64,000 nucleotides of DNA. It comes from Eledone cirrhosa. Its lineage: Eukaryota. This document shows, piece after piece, positions 38,601 to 53,600 of this stretch. The first letter of the stretch is position 1; every line of letters starts with the position of its first letter. The DNA lies in NCBI GenBank assembly GCA_964016885.1, contig OZ024764.1, forward strand, positions 2,852,001 through 2,916,000. The letters run 5' to 3'. The notes beneath the pieces were generated by a model. That model was not told the origin of the DNA. It searched no databases and worked only from the letters and a program-made list of their open reading frames with translations. Made by a program: the position numbers and the translations under genes.

Positions 38601-41600
38601 TCTCAGTCTTCTCTCCCACACACTACAACTTATTCCTCTTATACACAGTTTCTCTCTCAACTCATCACATGTCCATATCATTGTAGTCTTCTCTCCCTCA
38701 CACTACAGTTTATCCCTCTTATACCCAGTTTCTCTCTCAACACACCACATGTCCATACCATCTCAGTCTTCTCTCCCACACCACAACTTATCCCTCTTAT
38801 ACACAGTTTCTCTCTCAACACATCACATGTCCATACCATCTCAGTCTTCTCTCCCACACACTACAACTTATTCCTCTTATACACAGTTTCTCTCTCAACA
38901 CATCACATGTCCATACCATCTGTCTTCTCTCCCACACACTACAACTTATTCCTCTTATACACAGTTTCTCTCTCAACTCATCACATGTCCATACCATCTC
39001 AGTTTACTCTCCCACACATCACAACTTCTCGCTCTTATACCCAGTTTCTCTCTCAACTCATCACATGTCCATACCATCTCAGTTTACTCTCCCACACATC
39101 ACAACTTCTCGCTCTTATACCCAGTTTCTCTCTCAACACATCACATGTCCATACGATCTCAGTCTTCTCTCCCACACACTACAACTTATCCCTCTTATAC
39201 CCAGTTTCTCTCTCAACACATCACATGTCCATACCATCTCAGTCTTCTCTCCCACACACTACAACTTATCCCTCTTATACCCAGTTTCTCTCTCAACACA
39301 TCACATGCCCATACCATCTCAATCTTCTCTCCCACACACTACAACTTATTCCTCTTATACACAGTTTCTCTCTCAACACATCACATGTCCATACCATCTC
39401 AGTCTTCTCTGCCACACACTACAACTTATTCCTCTTATACACAGTTTATCTCTCAACACATCACATGTCCATACCATCTCAGTCTTCTCTCCCACACACT
39501 ACAACTTATCCCTCTTATACACAGTTTCTCTCTCAATACACCACATGTCCATACCATCTCAGTCTTCTCTCCCACACCACAACTTATCCCTCTTATACAC
39601 AGTTTCTCTCTCAACACATCACATGTCCATACCATCTCAGTCTTCTCTCCCACACACTACAACTTATTCCTCTGATACACAGTTTCTCTCTCAACACATC
39701 ACATGTCCATACCATCTGAGCCTTCTCTCCCACACACTACAACTTATTCCTCTTATACACAGTTTCTCTCTCAGCACATCACATGTCCATACCATCTGTC
39801 TTCTCTCCCAAACACTACAACTTATTCCTCTTATACACAGTTTCTCTCTCAACACATCACATGTCCATACCATCTGTCTTCTCTCCCACACACTACAACT
39901 TATTCCTCTTATACACAGTTTCTCTCTCAACACACCACATGTCCATACCATCTCAGTCTTCTCTCCCACACACTACAGTTTATCCATCTTATACCCAGTT
40001 TCTCTCTCAACTCATCACATGTCCATATCATTGCAGTCTTCTCTCCCTCACACTACAACTTATCCCTCTTATACCCAGTTTCTCTCTCAACACATCACAT
40101 GTCCATACCATCTCAGTCTTCTCTCCCACACCACAACTTATTCCTCTTATACCCAGTTTCTCTCTCAACTCATCACATGTCCATACCATCTCAGTTTACT
40201 CTCCCACACACTACAACTTATCTCTCTTATACCCAGTTTCTCTCTCAACACATCATATGTCCATACCATTTCAGTCTTCTCTCCCACACACTACAGTTTA
40301 TCTCACTTATACCCAGTTTCTCTCTCAACACATCACATGTCCATACCATTGCAGTCTTCTCTCCTGCACACCACAACTTATCCCTCTTATACCCAGTTTC
40401 TCTCTCAACACATCACATGTCCATACCATCTCAGTCTTCTCTCCCACACACTACAACTTATCCCTCTTATACCCAGTTTCTCTCTCAACACATCACATGT
40501 CCATACCATCTCAGTCTTCTCTCCCACATACTACAGTTTATCCCTCTTATACACAGTTTCTCTCTCAACACATCACATGTCCATACCATCTGAGTCTTCT
40601 CTCCCACACACTACAACTTATTCCTCTTATACACAGTTTCTCTCTCAACACACCACATGTCCATACCATCTCAGTCTTCTCTCCCACACACTACAGTTTA
40701 TCCCTCTTATACCCAGTTTCTCTCTCAACTCATCACATGTCCATACCATCTCAGCTTACTCTCCCACACACCCCAACTTATCCCTCTTATACCCAGTTTC
40801 TCTCTCAACACATCACATGTCCATACCATCTCAGTCTTCTCTCCCACACACTACAACTTATCCCTCTTATACCCAGTTTCTCTCTCAACACATCACATGT
40901 CCATACCATCTCAGTCTTCTCTCCCACACACTACAACTTATCCCTCTTATACCCAGTTTCTCTCTCAACACATCACATGTCCATACCATCTCAGTCTTCT
41001 CTTCCACATACTACAGTTTATCCCTCTTATACACAGTTTCTCTCTCAACACATCACATGTCCATACCATCTCAGTCTTCTCTCCCACACACTACAACTTA
41101 TTCCTCTTATACACAGTTTCTCTCTCAACACATCACATGTCCATACCATCTCAGTCTTCTCTCCCACACACTACAACTTATCCCTCTTATACACAGTTTC
41201 TCTTTCAATACACCACATGTCCATACCATCTCAGTCTTCTCTCCTACACCACAACTTATCCCTCTTATACACAGTTTCTCTCTCAACACACCACATGTCC
41301 ATACCATCTCAGTCTTCTCTCCCACACCACAAGTTATCCCTCTTATACACAGTTTCTCTCTCAACACATCACATGTCCATACCATCTCAGTCTTCTCTCC
41401 CACACACTACAACTTATTCCTCTTATACACAGTTTCTCTCTCAACACATCACATGTCCATACCATCTCAGTCTTCTCTCCCACACACTACAACTTATCCC
41501 TCTTATACCCAGTTTCTCTCTCAACACATCATATGTCCATACCATCTGTCTTCTCTCCCACACACTACAACTTATTCCTCTTATACACAGTTTCTCTCTC

Positions 41601-44600
41601 AACACACCACATGTCCATACCATCTCAGTCTTCTCTCCCACACCTCAACTTATCCCTCTTATACACAGTTTCTCTCTCAACACATCACATGTCCATACCA
41701 TCTGTCTTCTCTCCCACACACTACAACTTATTCCTCTTATACACAGTTTCTCTCTCAACACACCACATGTCCATACCATCTCAGTCTTCTCTCCCACACA
41801 CCACAACTTATCCCTCTTATACACAGTTTCTCTCTCAACTCATCACATGTCCGTACCATCTCAGTCTTCTCTCCCACATACTACAGTTTATCCCTCTTAT
41901 ACACAGTTTCTCTCTCAACTCATCACATGTCCATACCATCTCAGTCTTCTCTCCCACACACTACAACTTATCCCTCTTATACCCAGTTTCTCTCTCAACT
42001 CATCACATGTCCGTACCATCTCAGTCTTCTCTCCCACGCACCACAACTTATCCCTCTTATACACAGTTTCTCTCTCAACTCATCACATGTCCATACCATC
42101 TCAGTCTTCTCTCCCACACACTACAACTTATCCCTCTTATACCCATTTTCTCTCTCAACTCATCACATGTCCGTACCATCTCAGTCTTCTCTCCCACACA
42201 CCACAACTTATCCCTCTTACACACAGTTTCTCCCTCAACTCATCACATGTCCATACCATCTCAGTCTTCTCTCCCACACACTACAACTTATCCCTCTTAT
42301 ACCCAGTTTCTCTCTCAACTCATCACATGTCCGTACCATCTCAGTCTTCTCTCCCACACACCACAACTTATCCCTCTTGTACACAGTTTCTCTCTCAACT
42401 CATCACATGTCCATACCATCTCAGTCTTCTCTCCCACTCACTACAACTTATCCCTCTTATACCCAATTTCTCTCTCAACTCATCACATGTCCATAACATC
42501 TCAGTCTTCTCTGCCACACACCACAACTTATCCCTCTTATACACAGTTTCTCTCTCAACTCATCACATGTCCGTACCATCTCAGTCTTCTCTCCCACACA
42601 CTACAGTTTATCTCACTTATACCCAGTTTCTCTCTCAACACATCACATGTCCATACCATTGCAGTCTTCTCTCCTGCACACCACAACTTATCCCTCTTAT
42701 ACCCAGTTTCTCTCTCAACACATCACATGTCCATACCATCTCAGTCTTCTCTCCCACACACTACAACTTATTCCTCTTATACACAGTTTCTCTCTCAACA
42801 CATCACATGTCCATACCATCTCAGTCTTCTCTCCCACACACTACAACTTATCCCTCTTATACACAGTTTCTCTCTCAATACACCACATGTCCATACCATC
42901 TCAGTCTTCTCTCCTACACCACAACTTATCCCTCTTATACACAGTTTCTCTCTCAACACATCACATGTCCATACCATCTCAGTCTTCTCTCCCACACACT
43001 ACAACTTATCCCTCTTATACACAGTTTCTCTCTCAACTCATCACATGTCCATACCATCTCAGTCTTTTCTCCCACACACTACAACTTATTCCTCTTATAC
43101 ACAGTTTCTCTCTCAACACACCACATGTCCATACCATCTCAGTCTTCTCTCCCACACACTACAACTTATTCCTCTTATACCCAGTTTCTCTCTCAACACA
43201 CCACATGTCCATACCATCTCAGTCTTCTCTCCCACACACTACAACTTATTCCTCTTATACACAGTTTCTCTCTCAACACATCACATGTCCATACCATCTC
43301 AGTCTTCTTTCCCACACACTACAACTTATTCCTCTTATACACAGTTTCTCTCTCAACACATCACATGTCCATACCATCTCAGTCTTCTCTCCCACACACT
43401 ACAACTTATTCCTCTTATACACAGTTTCTCTCTCAACACACCACATGTCCATACCATCTCAGTCTTCACTCCCACACCACAAGTTATCCCTCTTATACAC
43501 AGTTTCTCTCTCAACACATCACATGTCCATACCATCTCAGTCTTCTCTCCCACACACTACAACTTATTCCTCTTATACACAGTTTCTCTCTCAACACATC
43601 ACATGTCCATACCATCTCAGTCTTCTCTCCCACACACTACAACTTATCCCTCTTATACCCAGTTTCTCACTCAACACATCATATGTCCATACCATCTGTC
43701 TTCTCTCCCACACACTACAACTTATTCCTCTTATACACAGTTTCTCTCTCAACACACCACATGTCCATACCATCTCAGTCTTCTCTCCCACACCACAACT
43801 TATCCCTCTTATACACAGTTTCTCTCTCAACACATCACATGTCCATACCATCTCAGTCTTCTCTCCCACACACTACAACTTATCCCTCTTATACCCAGTC
43901 ACTCTCTCAACACACCACATGTCCATACCATCTCAGTCTTCTTTCCCACACCACAACTTATCCCTCTTATACACAGTTTCTCTCTCAACACATCACATGT
44001 CCATACCATCTGTCTTCTCTCCCACACACTACAACTTATCCCTCTTATACACAGTTTCTCTCTCAACACACCACATGTCCATACCATCTCAGTCTTCTCT
44101 CCCACACACTACAACTTATCCCTCTTATACACAGTTTCTCTCTCAACTCATCACATGTCCGTACCATCTCAGTCTTCTCTCCCACATACTACAGTTTATC
44201 CCTCTTATACACAGTTTCTCTCTCAACTCATCACATGTCCATACCATCTCAGTCTTCTCTCCCACACACTACAACTTATCCCTCTTATACCCAGTTTCTC
44301 TCTCAACTCATCACATGTCCGTACCATCTCAGTCTTCTCTCCCACGCACCACAACTTATCCCTCTTATACACAGTTTCTCTCTCAACTCATCACATGTCC
44401 ATACCATCTCAGTCTTCTCTCCCACACACTACAACTTATCTCTCTTATACCCATTTTCTCTCTCAACTCATCACATGTCCGTACCATCTCAGTCTTCTCT
44501 CCCACACACCACAACTTATCCCTCTTACACACAGTTTCTCCCTCAACTCATCACATGTCCATACCATCTCAGTCTTCTCTCCCACACACTACAACTTATC

Positions 44601-47600
44601 CCTCTTATACCCAGTTTCTCTCTCAACTCATCACATGTCCGTACCATCTCAGTCTTCTCTCCCACACACCACAACTTATCCCTCTTGTACACAGTTTCTC
44701 TCTCAACTCATCACATGTCCATACCATCTCAGTCTTCTCTCCCACACACTACAGTTTATCTCACTTATACCCAGTTTCTCTCTCAACACATCACATGTCC
44801 ATACCATTGCAGTCTTCTCTCCTGCACACCACAACTTATCCCTCTTATACCCAGTTTCTCTCTCAACACATCACATGTCCATACCATCTCAGTCTTCTCT
44901 CCCACACACTACAACTTATCCCTCTTATACCCAGTTTCTCTCTCAACACATCACATGTCCATACCATCTCAGTCTTCTCTCCCACACACTACAACTTATC
45001 CCTCTTATACCCAGTTTCTCTCTCAACACATCACATGTCCATACCATCTCAGTCTTCTCTTCCACATACTACAGTTTATCCCTCTTATACACAGTTTCTC
45101 TCTCAACACATCACATGTCCATACCATCTCAGTCTTCTCTCCCACACACTACAACTTATTCCTCTTATACACAGTTTCTCTCTCAACACATCACATGTCC
45201 ATACCATCTCAGTCTTCTCTCCCACACACTACAACTTATCCCTCTTATACACAGTTTCTCTTTCAATACACCACATGTCTATACCATCTCAGTCTTCTCT
45301 CCTACACCACAACTTATCCCTCTTATACACAGTTTCTCTCTCAACACATCACATGTCCATACCATCTCAGTCTTCTCTCCCACACACTACAACTTATTCC
45401 TCTTATACACAGTTTCTCTCTCAACACATCACATGTCCATACCATCTCAGTCTTCTCTCCCACACACTACAACTTATTCCTCTTATACACAGTTTCTCTC
45501 TCAACACATCACATGTCCATACCATCTGTCTTCTCTCCCACACACTACAACTTATTCCTCTTATACACAGTTTCTCTCTCAACACATCACATGTCCATAC
45601 CATCTGAGTCTTCTCTCCCACACACTACAACTTATTCCTCTTATACACAGTTTCTCTCTCAACACATCACATGTCCATACCATCTGTCTTCTCTCCCACA
45701 CACTACAACTTATTCCTCTTATACACAGTTTCTCTCTCAACACATCACATGTCCATACCATCTGAGTCTTCTCTCCCACACACTACAACTTATTCCTCTT
45801 ATACACAGTTTCTCTCTCAACACATCACATGTCCATACCATCTCAGTCTTCTCTCCCACACACTACAACTTATTCCTCTTATACACAGTTTCTCTCTCAA
45901 CACATCACATGTCCATACCATCTCAGTCTTCTCTCCCACACACTACAACTTATCCCTCTTATACACAGTTTCTCTCTCAATACACCACATGTCCATACCA
46001 TCTCAGTCTTCTCTCCCACACCACAACTTATCTCTCTTATAGACAGTTTCTCTCTCAACACATCACATGTCCATACCATCTCAGTCTTCTCTCCCACACA
46101 CTACAACTTATTCCTCTGATACACAGTTTCTCTCTCAACACATCACATGTCCATACCATCTGAGTCTTCTCTCCCACACACTACAACTTATTCCTCTTAT
46201 ACACAGTTTCTCTCTCAACTCATCACATGTCCGTACCATCTCAGTCTTCTCTCCCACATACTACAGTTTATCCCTCTTATACACAGTTTCTCTCTCAACT
46301 CATCACATGTCCATACCATCTCAGTCTTCTCTCCCACACACTACAACTTATCCCTCTTATACCCAGTTTCTCTCTCAACTCATCACATGTCCGTACCATC
46401 TCAGTCTTCTCTCCCACGCACCAAAACTTATCCCTCTTATACACAGTTTCTCTCTCAACTCATCACATGTCCATACCATCTCAGTCTTCTCTCCCACACA
46501 CTACAACTTATCCCTCTTATACCCATTTTCTCTCTCAACTCATCACATGTCCGTACCATCTCAGTATTCTCTCCCACACACCAGAACTTATCCCTCTTAT
46601 ACACAGTTTCTCCCTCAACTCATCACATGTCCATACCATCTCAGTCTTCTCTCCCACACACTACAACTTATCCCTCTTATACCCAGTTTCTCTCTCAACT
46701 CATCACATGTCCGTACCATCTCAGTCTTCTCTCCCACACACCACAACTTATCCCTCTTGTACACAGTTTCTCTCTCAACTCATCACATGTCCATACCATC
46801 TCAGTCTTCTCTCCCACACACTACAACTTATCCCTCTTATACCCAATTTCTCTCTCAACTCATCACATGTCCATAACATCTCAGTCTTCTCTCCCACACA
46901 CCACAACTTATCCCTCTTATACACAGTTTCTCTCTCAACTCATCACATGTCCGTACCATCTCAGTCTTCTCTCCCACACACTACAACTTATTCCTCTTAT
47001 ACACAGTTTCTCTCTCAACTCATCACATGTCCATATCATTGTAGTCTTCTCTCCCTCACACTACAGTTTATCCCTCTTATACCCAGTTTCTCTCTCAACA
47101 CACCACATGTCCATACCATCTCAGTCTTCTCTCCCACACCACAACTTATCCCTCTTATACACAGTTTCTCTCTCAACACATCACATGTCCATACCATCTC
47201 AGTCTTCTCTCCCACACACTACAACTTATTCCTCTTATACACAGTTTCTCTCTCAACACATCACATGTCCATACCATCTGTCTTCTCTCCCACACACTAC
47301 AACTTATTCCTCTTATACACAGTTTCTCTCTCAACTCATCACATGTCCATACCATCTCAGTTTACTCTCCCACACATCACAACTTCTAGCTCTTATACCC
47401 AGTTTCTCTCTCAACTCATCACATGTCCATACCATCTCAGTTTACTCTCCCACACATCACAACTTCTCGCTCTTATACCCAGTTTCTCTCTCAACACATC
47501 ACATGTCCATACGATCTCAGTCTTCTCTCCCACACACTACAACTTATCCCTCTTATACCCAGTTTCTCTCTCAACACATCACATGTCCATACCATCTCAG

Positions 47601-50600
47601 TCTTCTCTCCCACACACTACAACTTATCCCTCTTATACCCAGTTTCTCTCTCAACACATCACATGCCCATACCATCTCAATCTTCTCTCCCACACACTAC
47701 AACTTATTCCTCTTATACACAGTTTCTCTCTCAACACATCACATGTCCATACCATCTCAGTCTTCTCTGCCACACACTACAACTTATTCCTCTTATACAC
47801 AGTTTATCTCTCAACACATCACATGTCCATACCATCTCAGTCTTCTCTCCCACACACTACAACTTATCCCTCTTATACACAGTTTCTCTCTCAATACACC
47901 ACATGTCCATACCATCTCAGTCTTCTCTCCCACACCACAACTTATCCCTCTTATACACAGTTTCTCTCTCAACACATCACATGTCCATACCATCTCAGTC
48001 TTCTCTCCCACACACTACAACTTATTCCTCTGATACACAGTTTCTCTCTCAACACATCACATGTCCATACCATCTGAGCCTTCTCTCCCACACACTACAA
48101 CTTATTCCTCTTATACACAGTTTCTCTCTCAGCACATCACATGTCCATACCATCTGTCTTCTCTCCCAAACACTACAACTTATTCCTCTTATACACAGTT
48201 TCTCTCTCAACACATCACATGTCCATACCATCTGTCTTCTCTCCCACACACTACAACTTATTCCTCTTATACACAGTTTCTCTCTCAACACACCACATGT
48301 CCATACCATCTCAGTCTTCTCTCCCACACACTACAGTTTATCCATCTTATACCCAGTTTCTCTCTCAACTCATCACATGTCCATATCATTGCAGTCTTCT
48401 CTCCCTCACACTACAACTTATCCCTCTTATACCCAGTTTCTCTCTCAACACATCACATGTCCATACCATCTCAGTCTTCTCTCCCACACCACAACTTATT
48501 CCTCTTATACCCAGTTTCTCTCTCAACTCATCACATGTCCATACCATCTCAGTTTACTCTCCCACACACTACAACTTATCTCTCTTATACCCAGTTTCTC
48601 TCTCAACACATCATATGTCCATACCATTTCAGTCTTCTCTCCCACACACTACAGTTTATCTCACTTATACCCAGTTTCTCTCTCAACACATCACATGTCC
48701 ATACCATTGCAGTCTTCTCTCCTGCACACCACAACTTATCCCTCTTATACCCAGTTTCTCTCTCAACACATCACATGTCCATACCATCTCAGTCTTCTCT
48801 CCCACACACTACAACTTATCCCTCTTATACCCAGTTTCTCTCTCAACACATCACATGTCCATACCATCTCAGTCTTCTCTCCCACATACTACAGTTTATC
48901 CCTCTTATACACAGTTTCTCTCTCAACACATCACATGTCCATACCATCTGAGTCTTCTCTCCCACACACTACAACTTATTCCTCTTATACACAGTTTCTC
49001 TCTCAACACACCACATGTCCATACCATCTCAGTCTTCTCTCCCACACACTACAGTTTATCCCTCTTATACCCAGTTTCTCTCTCAACTCATCACATGTCC
49101 ATACCATCTCAGCTTACTCTCCCACACACCACAACTTATCGCTCTTATACCCAGTTTCTCTCTCAACACATCACATGTCCATACCATCTCAGTCTTCTCT
49201 CCCACACACTACAACTTATCCCTCTTATACCCAGTTTCTCTCTCAACACATCATATGTCCATACCATTTCAGTCTTCTCTCCCACACACTACAGTTTATC
49301 CTTCTTATACACAGTTTCTCTCTCAACACATCACATGTCCATACCATCTCAGTCTTCTCTCCCACACACTACAACTTATCCCTCTTATACCCAGTTTTTC
49401 TCTCAACACATCACATGTCCATACCATCTCAGTCTTCTCTCCCACACCACAACTTATTCCTCTTATACCCAGTTTCTCTCTCAACTCATCACATGTCCAT
49501 AGCATCTCAGTTTACTCTCCCACACATCACAACTTATCGCTCTTATACCCAGTTTCTCTCTCAACACATCACATGTCCATACCATCTCAGTCTTCTCTCC
49601 CACACACTACAACTTATCCCTCTTATACCCAGTTTCTCTCTCAACACATCACATGTCCATACCATCTCAGTCTTCTCTCCCACACACTACACTTATCCCT
49701 CTTATACCCAGTTTCTCTCTCAACACATCACATGTCCATACCATCTCAGTCTTCTCTCCCACACACTACAACTTATTCCTCTTATACACAGTTTCTCTCT
49801 CAACACATCATATGTCCATACCATCTCAGTCTTCCCTCCCACACACTACAACTTATCCCTCTTATACACAGTTTCTCTCTCAACTCATCACATGTCCATA
49901 TCATTGTAGTCTTCTCTCCCTCACACTACAGTTTATCCCTCTTATACCCAGTTTCTCTCTCAACACACCACATGTCCATACCATCTCAGTCTTCTCTCCC
50001 ACACCACAACTTATCCCTCTTATACACAGTTTCTCTCTCAACACATCACATGTCCATTCCATCACAGTCTTCTCTCCCACACACTACAACTTATTCCTCT
50101 TATACACAGTTTCTCTCTCAACACATCACATGTCCATACCATCTGTCTTCTCTCCCACACACTACAACTTATTCCTCTTATACACAGTTTCTCTCTCAAC
50201 TCATCACATGTCCATACCATCTCAGTTTACTCTCCCACACATCACAACTTCTCGCTCTTATACCCAGTTTCTCTCTCAACACATCACATGTCCATACCAT
50301 CTCAGTCTTCTCTCCCACACACTACAACTTATTCCTCTTATACACAGTTTCTCTCTCAACACATCACATGTCCATACCATCTCAGTCTTCTCTCCCACAC
50401 CACAACTTATTCCTCTTATACCCAGTTTCTCTCTCAACTCATCACATGTCCATACCATCTCAGTTTACTCTCCCACACATCACAACTTCTCGCTCTTATA
50501 CCCAGTTTCTCTCTCAACACATCACATGTCCATACCATCTCAGTCTTCTCTCCCACACACTACAACTTATCCCTCTTATACCCAGTTTCTCTCTCAACAC

Positions 50601-53600
50601 ATCACATGTCCATACCATCTCAGTCTTCTCTCCCACACACTACAACTTATCCCTCTTATACCCAGTTTCTCTCTCAACACATCACATGCCCATACCATCT
50701 CAATCTTCTCTCCCACACACTACAACTTATTCCTCTTATACACAGTTTCTCTCTCAACACATCACATGTCCATACCATCTCAGTCTTCTCTCCCACACAC
50801 TACAACTTATTCCTCTTATACACAGTTTCTCTCTCAACACATCACATGTCCATACCATCTCAGTCTTCTCTCCCACACACTACAACTTATCCCTCTTATA
50901 CACAGTTTCTCTCTCAATACACCACATGTCCATACCATCTCAGTCTTCTCTCCCACACCACAACTTATCCCTCTTATACACAGTTTCTCTCTCAACACGT
51001 CACATGTCCATACCATCTCAGTCTTCTCTCCCACACACTACAACTTATTATTCTGATACACAGTTTCTCTCTCAACACATCACATGTCCATACCATCTGA
51101 GTCTTCTCTCCCACACACTACAACTTATTCCTCTTATACACAGTTTCTCTCTCAACACATCACATGTCCATACCATCTGTCTTCTCTCCCACACACTACA
51201 ACTTATTCCTCTTATACACAGTTTCTCTCTCAACACATCACATGTCCATACCATCTGTCTTCTCTCCCACACACTACAACTTATTCCTCTTATACACAGT
51301 TTCTCTCTCAACACACCACATGTCCATACCATCTCAGTCTTCTCTCCCACACACTACAGTTTATTCATCTTATACCCAGTTTCTCTCTCAACTCATCACA
51401 TGTCCATATCATTGCAGTCTTCTCTCCCTCACACTACAACTTATCCCTCTTATACCCAGTTTCTCTCTCAACACATCACATGTCCATACCATCTCAGTCT
51501 TCTCTCCCACACCACAACTTATTCCTCTTATACCCAGTTTCTCTCTCAACTCATCACATGTCCATACCATCTCAGTTTACTCTCCCACACACCACAACTT
51601 ATCGCTCTTATACCCAGTTTCTCTCTCAACACATCACATGTCCATACCATCTCAGTCTTCTCTCCCACACACTACAACTTATCCCTCTTATACCCAGTTT
51701 CTCTCTCAACACATCATATGTCCATACCATTTCAGTCTTCTCTCCCACACACTACAGTTTATCTCACTTATACCCAGTTTCTCTCTCAACACATCACATG
51801 TCCATACCATTGCAGTCTTCTCTCTTGCACACCACAACTTATCCCTCTTATACCCAGTTTCTCTCTCAACACATCACATGTCCATACCATCTCAGTCTTC
51901 TCTCCCACACACTACAACTTATTCCTCTTATACACAGTTTCTCTCTCAACACATCACATGTCCATACCATCTGTCTTCTCTCCCACACACTACAACTTAT
52001 TCCTCTTATACACAGTTTCTCTCTCAACACACCACATGTCCATACCATCTCAGTCTTCTCTCCCACACACTACAGTTTATCCCTCTTATACCCAGTTTCT
52101 CTCTCAACTCATCACATTTCCATATCATTGCAGTCTTCTCACCCTCACACTACAACTTATCCCTCTTATACACAGTTTCTCTCTCAACACACCACATGTC
52201 CATACCATCTCAGTCTTCTCTCCCACACACTACAGTTTATCCATCTTATACCCAGTTTCTCTCTCAACTCATCACATGTCCATACCATCTCAGTCTTCTC
52301 TCCCACACACTACAACTTATCCCTCTTACTCTCTCAACACATCATATGTCCATACCATTTCAGTCTTCTCTCCCACACACTACAGTTTATCTCACTTATA
52401 CCCAGTTTCTCTCTCAACACATCACATGTCCATACCATCTCAGTCTTCTCTCCCACACACTACAACTTATCCCTCTTATACCCAGTTTCTCTCTCAACAC
52501 ATCACATGTCCATACCATCTCAGTCTTCTCTCCCACACCACAACTTATTCCTCTTATACCCAGTTTCTCTCTCAACTCATCACATGTCCATACCATCTCA
52601 GTTTACTCTCCCACACATCACAACTTATCGCTCTTATACCCAGTTTCTCTCTCAACACATCACATGTCCATACCATCTCAGTCTTCTCTCCCACACACTA
52701 CAACTTATCCCTCTTATACCCAGTTTCTCTCTCAACACATCACATGTCCATACCATCTCAGTCTTCTCTCCCACACACTACACTTATCCCTCTTATACCC
52801 AGTTTCTCTCTCAACACATCATATGTCCATACCATCTCAGTCTTCTCTCCCACACACTACAACTTATTCCCCTTATACACAGTTTCTCTATCAACACATC
52901 ACATGTCCATACCATCTCAGTCTTCTCTCCCACACACTACAACTTATTCCTCTTATACACAGTTTCTTTCTCAACACATCATATGTCCATACCATCTCAG
53001 TCTTCTCTCCCACACACTACAACTTATCCCTCTTATACACAGTTTCTCTCTCAACTCATCACATGTCCATATCATTGTAGTCTTCTCTCCCTCACACTAC
53101 AGTTTATCCCTCTTATACCCAGTTTCTCTCTCAACACACCACATGTCCATACCATCTCAGTCTTCTCTCCCACACCACAACTTATCCCTCTTATACACAG
53201 TTTCTCTCTCAACACATCACATGTCCATACCATCTCAGTCTTCTCTCCCACACACTACAACTTATTCCTCTTATACACAGTTTCTCTCTCAACACATCAC
53301 ATGTCCATACCATCTGTCTTCTCTCCCACACACTACAACTTATTCCTCTTATACACAGTTTCTCTCTCAACTCATCACATGTCCATACCATCTCAGTTTA
53401 ATCTCCCACACATCACAACTTCTCGCTCTTATACCCAGTTTCTCTCTCAACACATCACATGTCCATACCATCTCAGTCTTCTCTCCCACACACTACAACT
53501 TATTCCTCTTATACACAGTTTCTCTCTCAACACATCACATGTCCATACCATCTCAGTCTTCTCTCCCACACCACAACTTATTCCTCTTATACCCAGTTTC

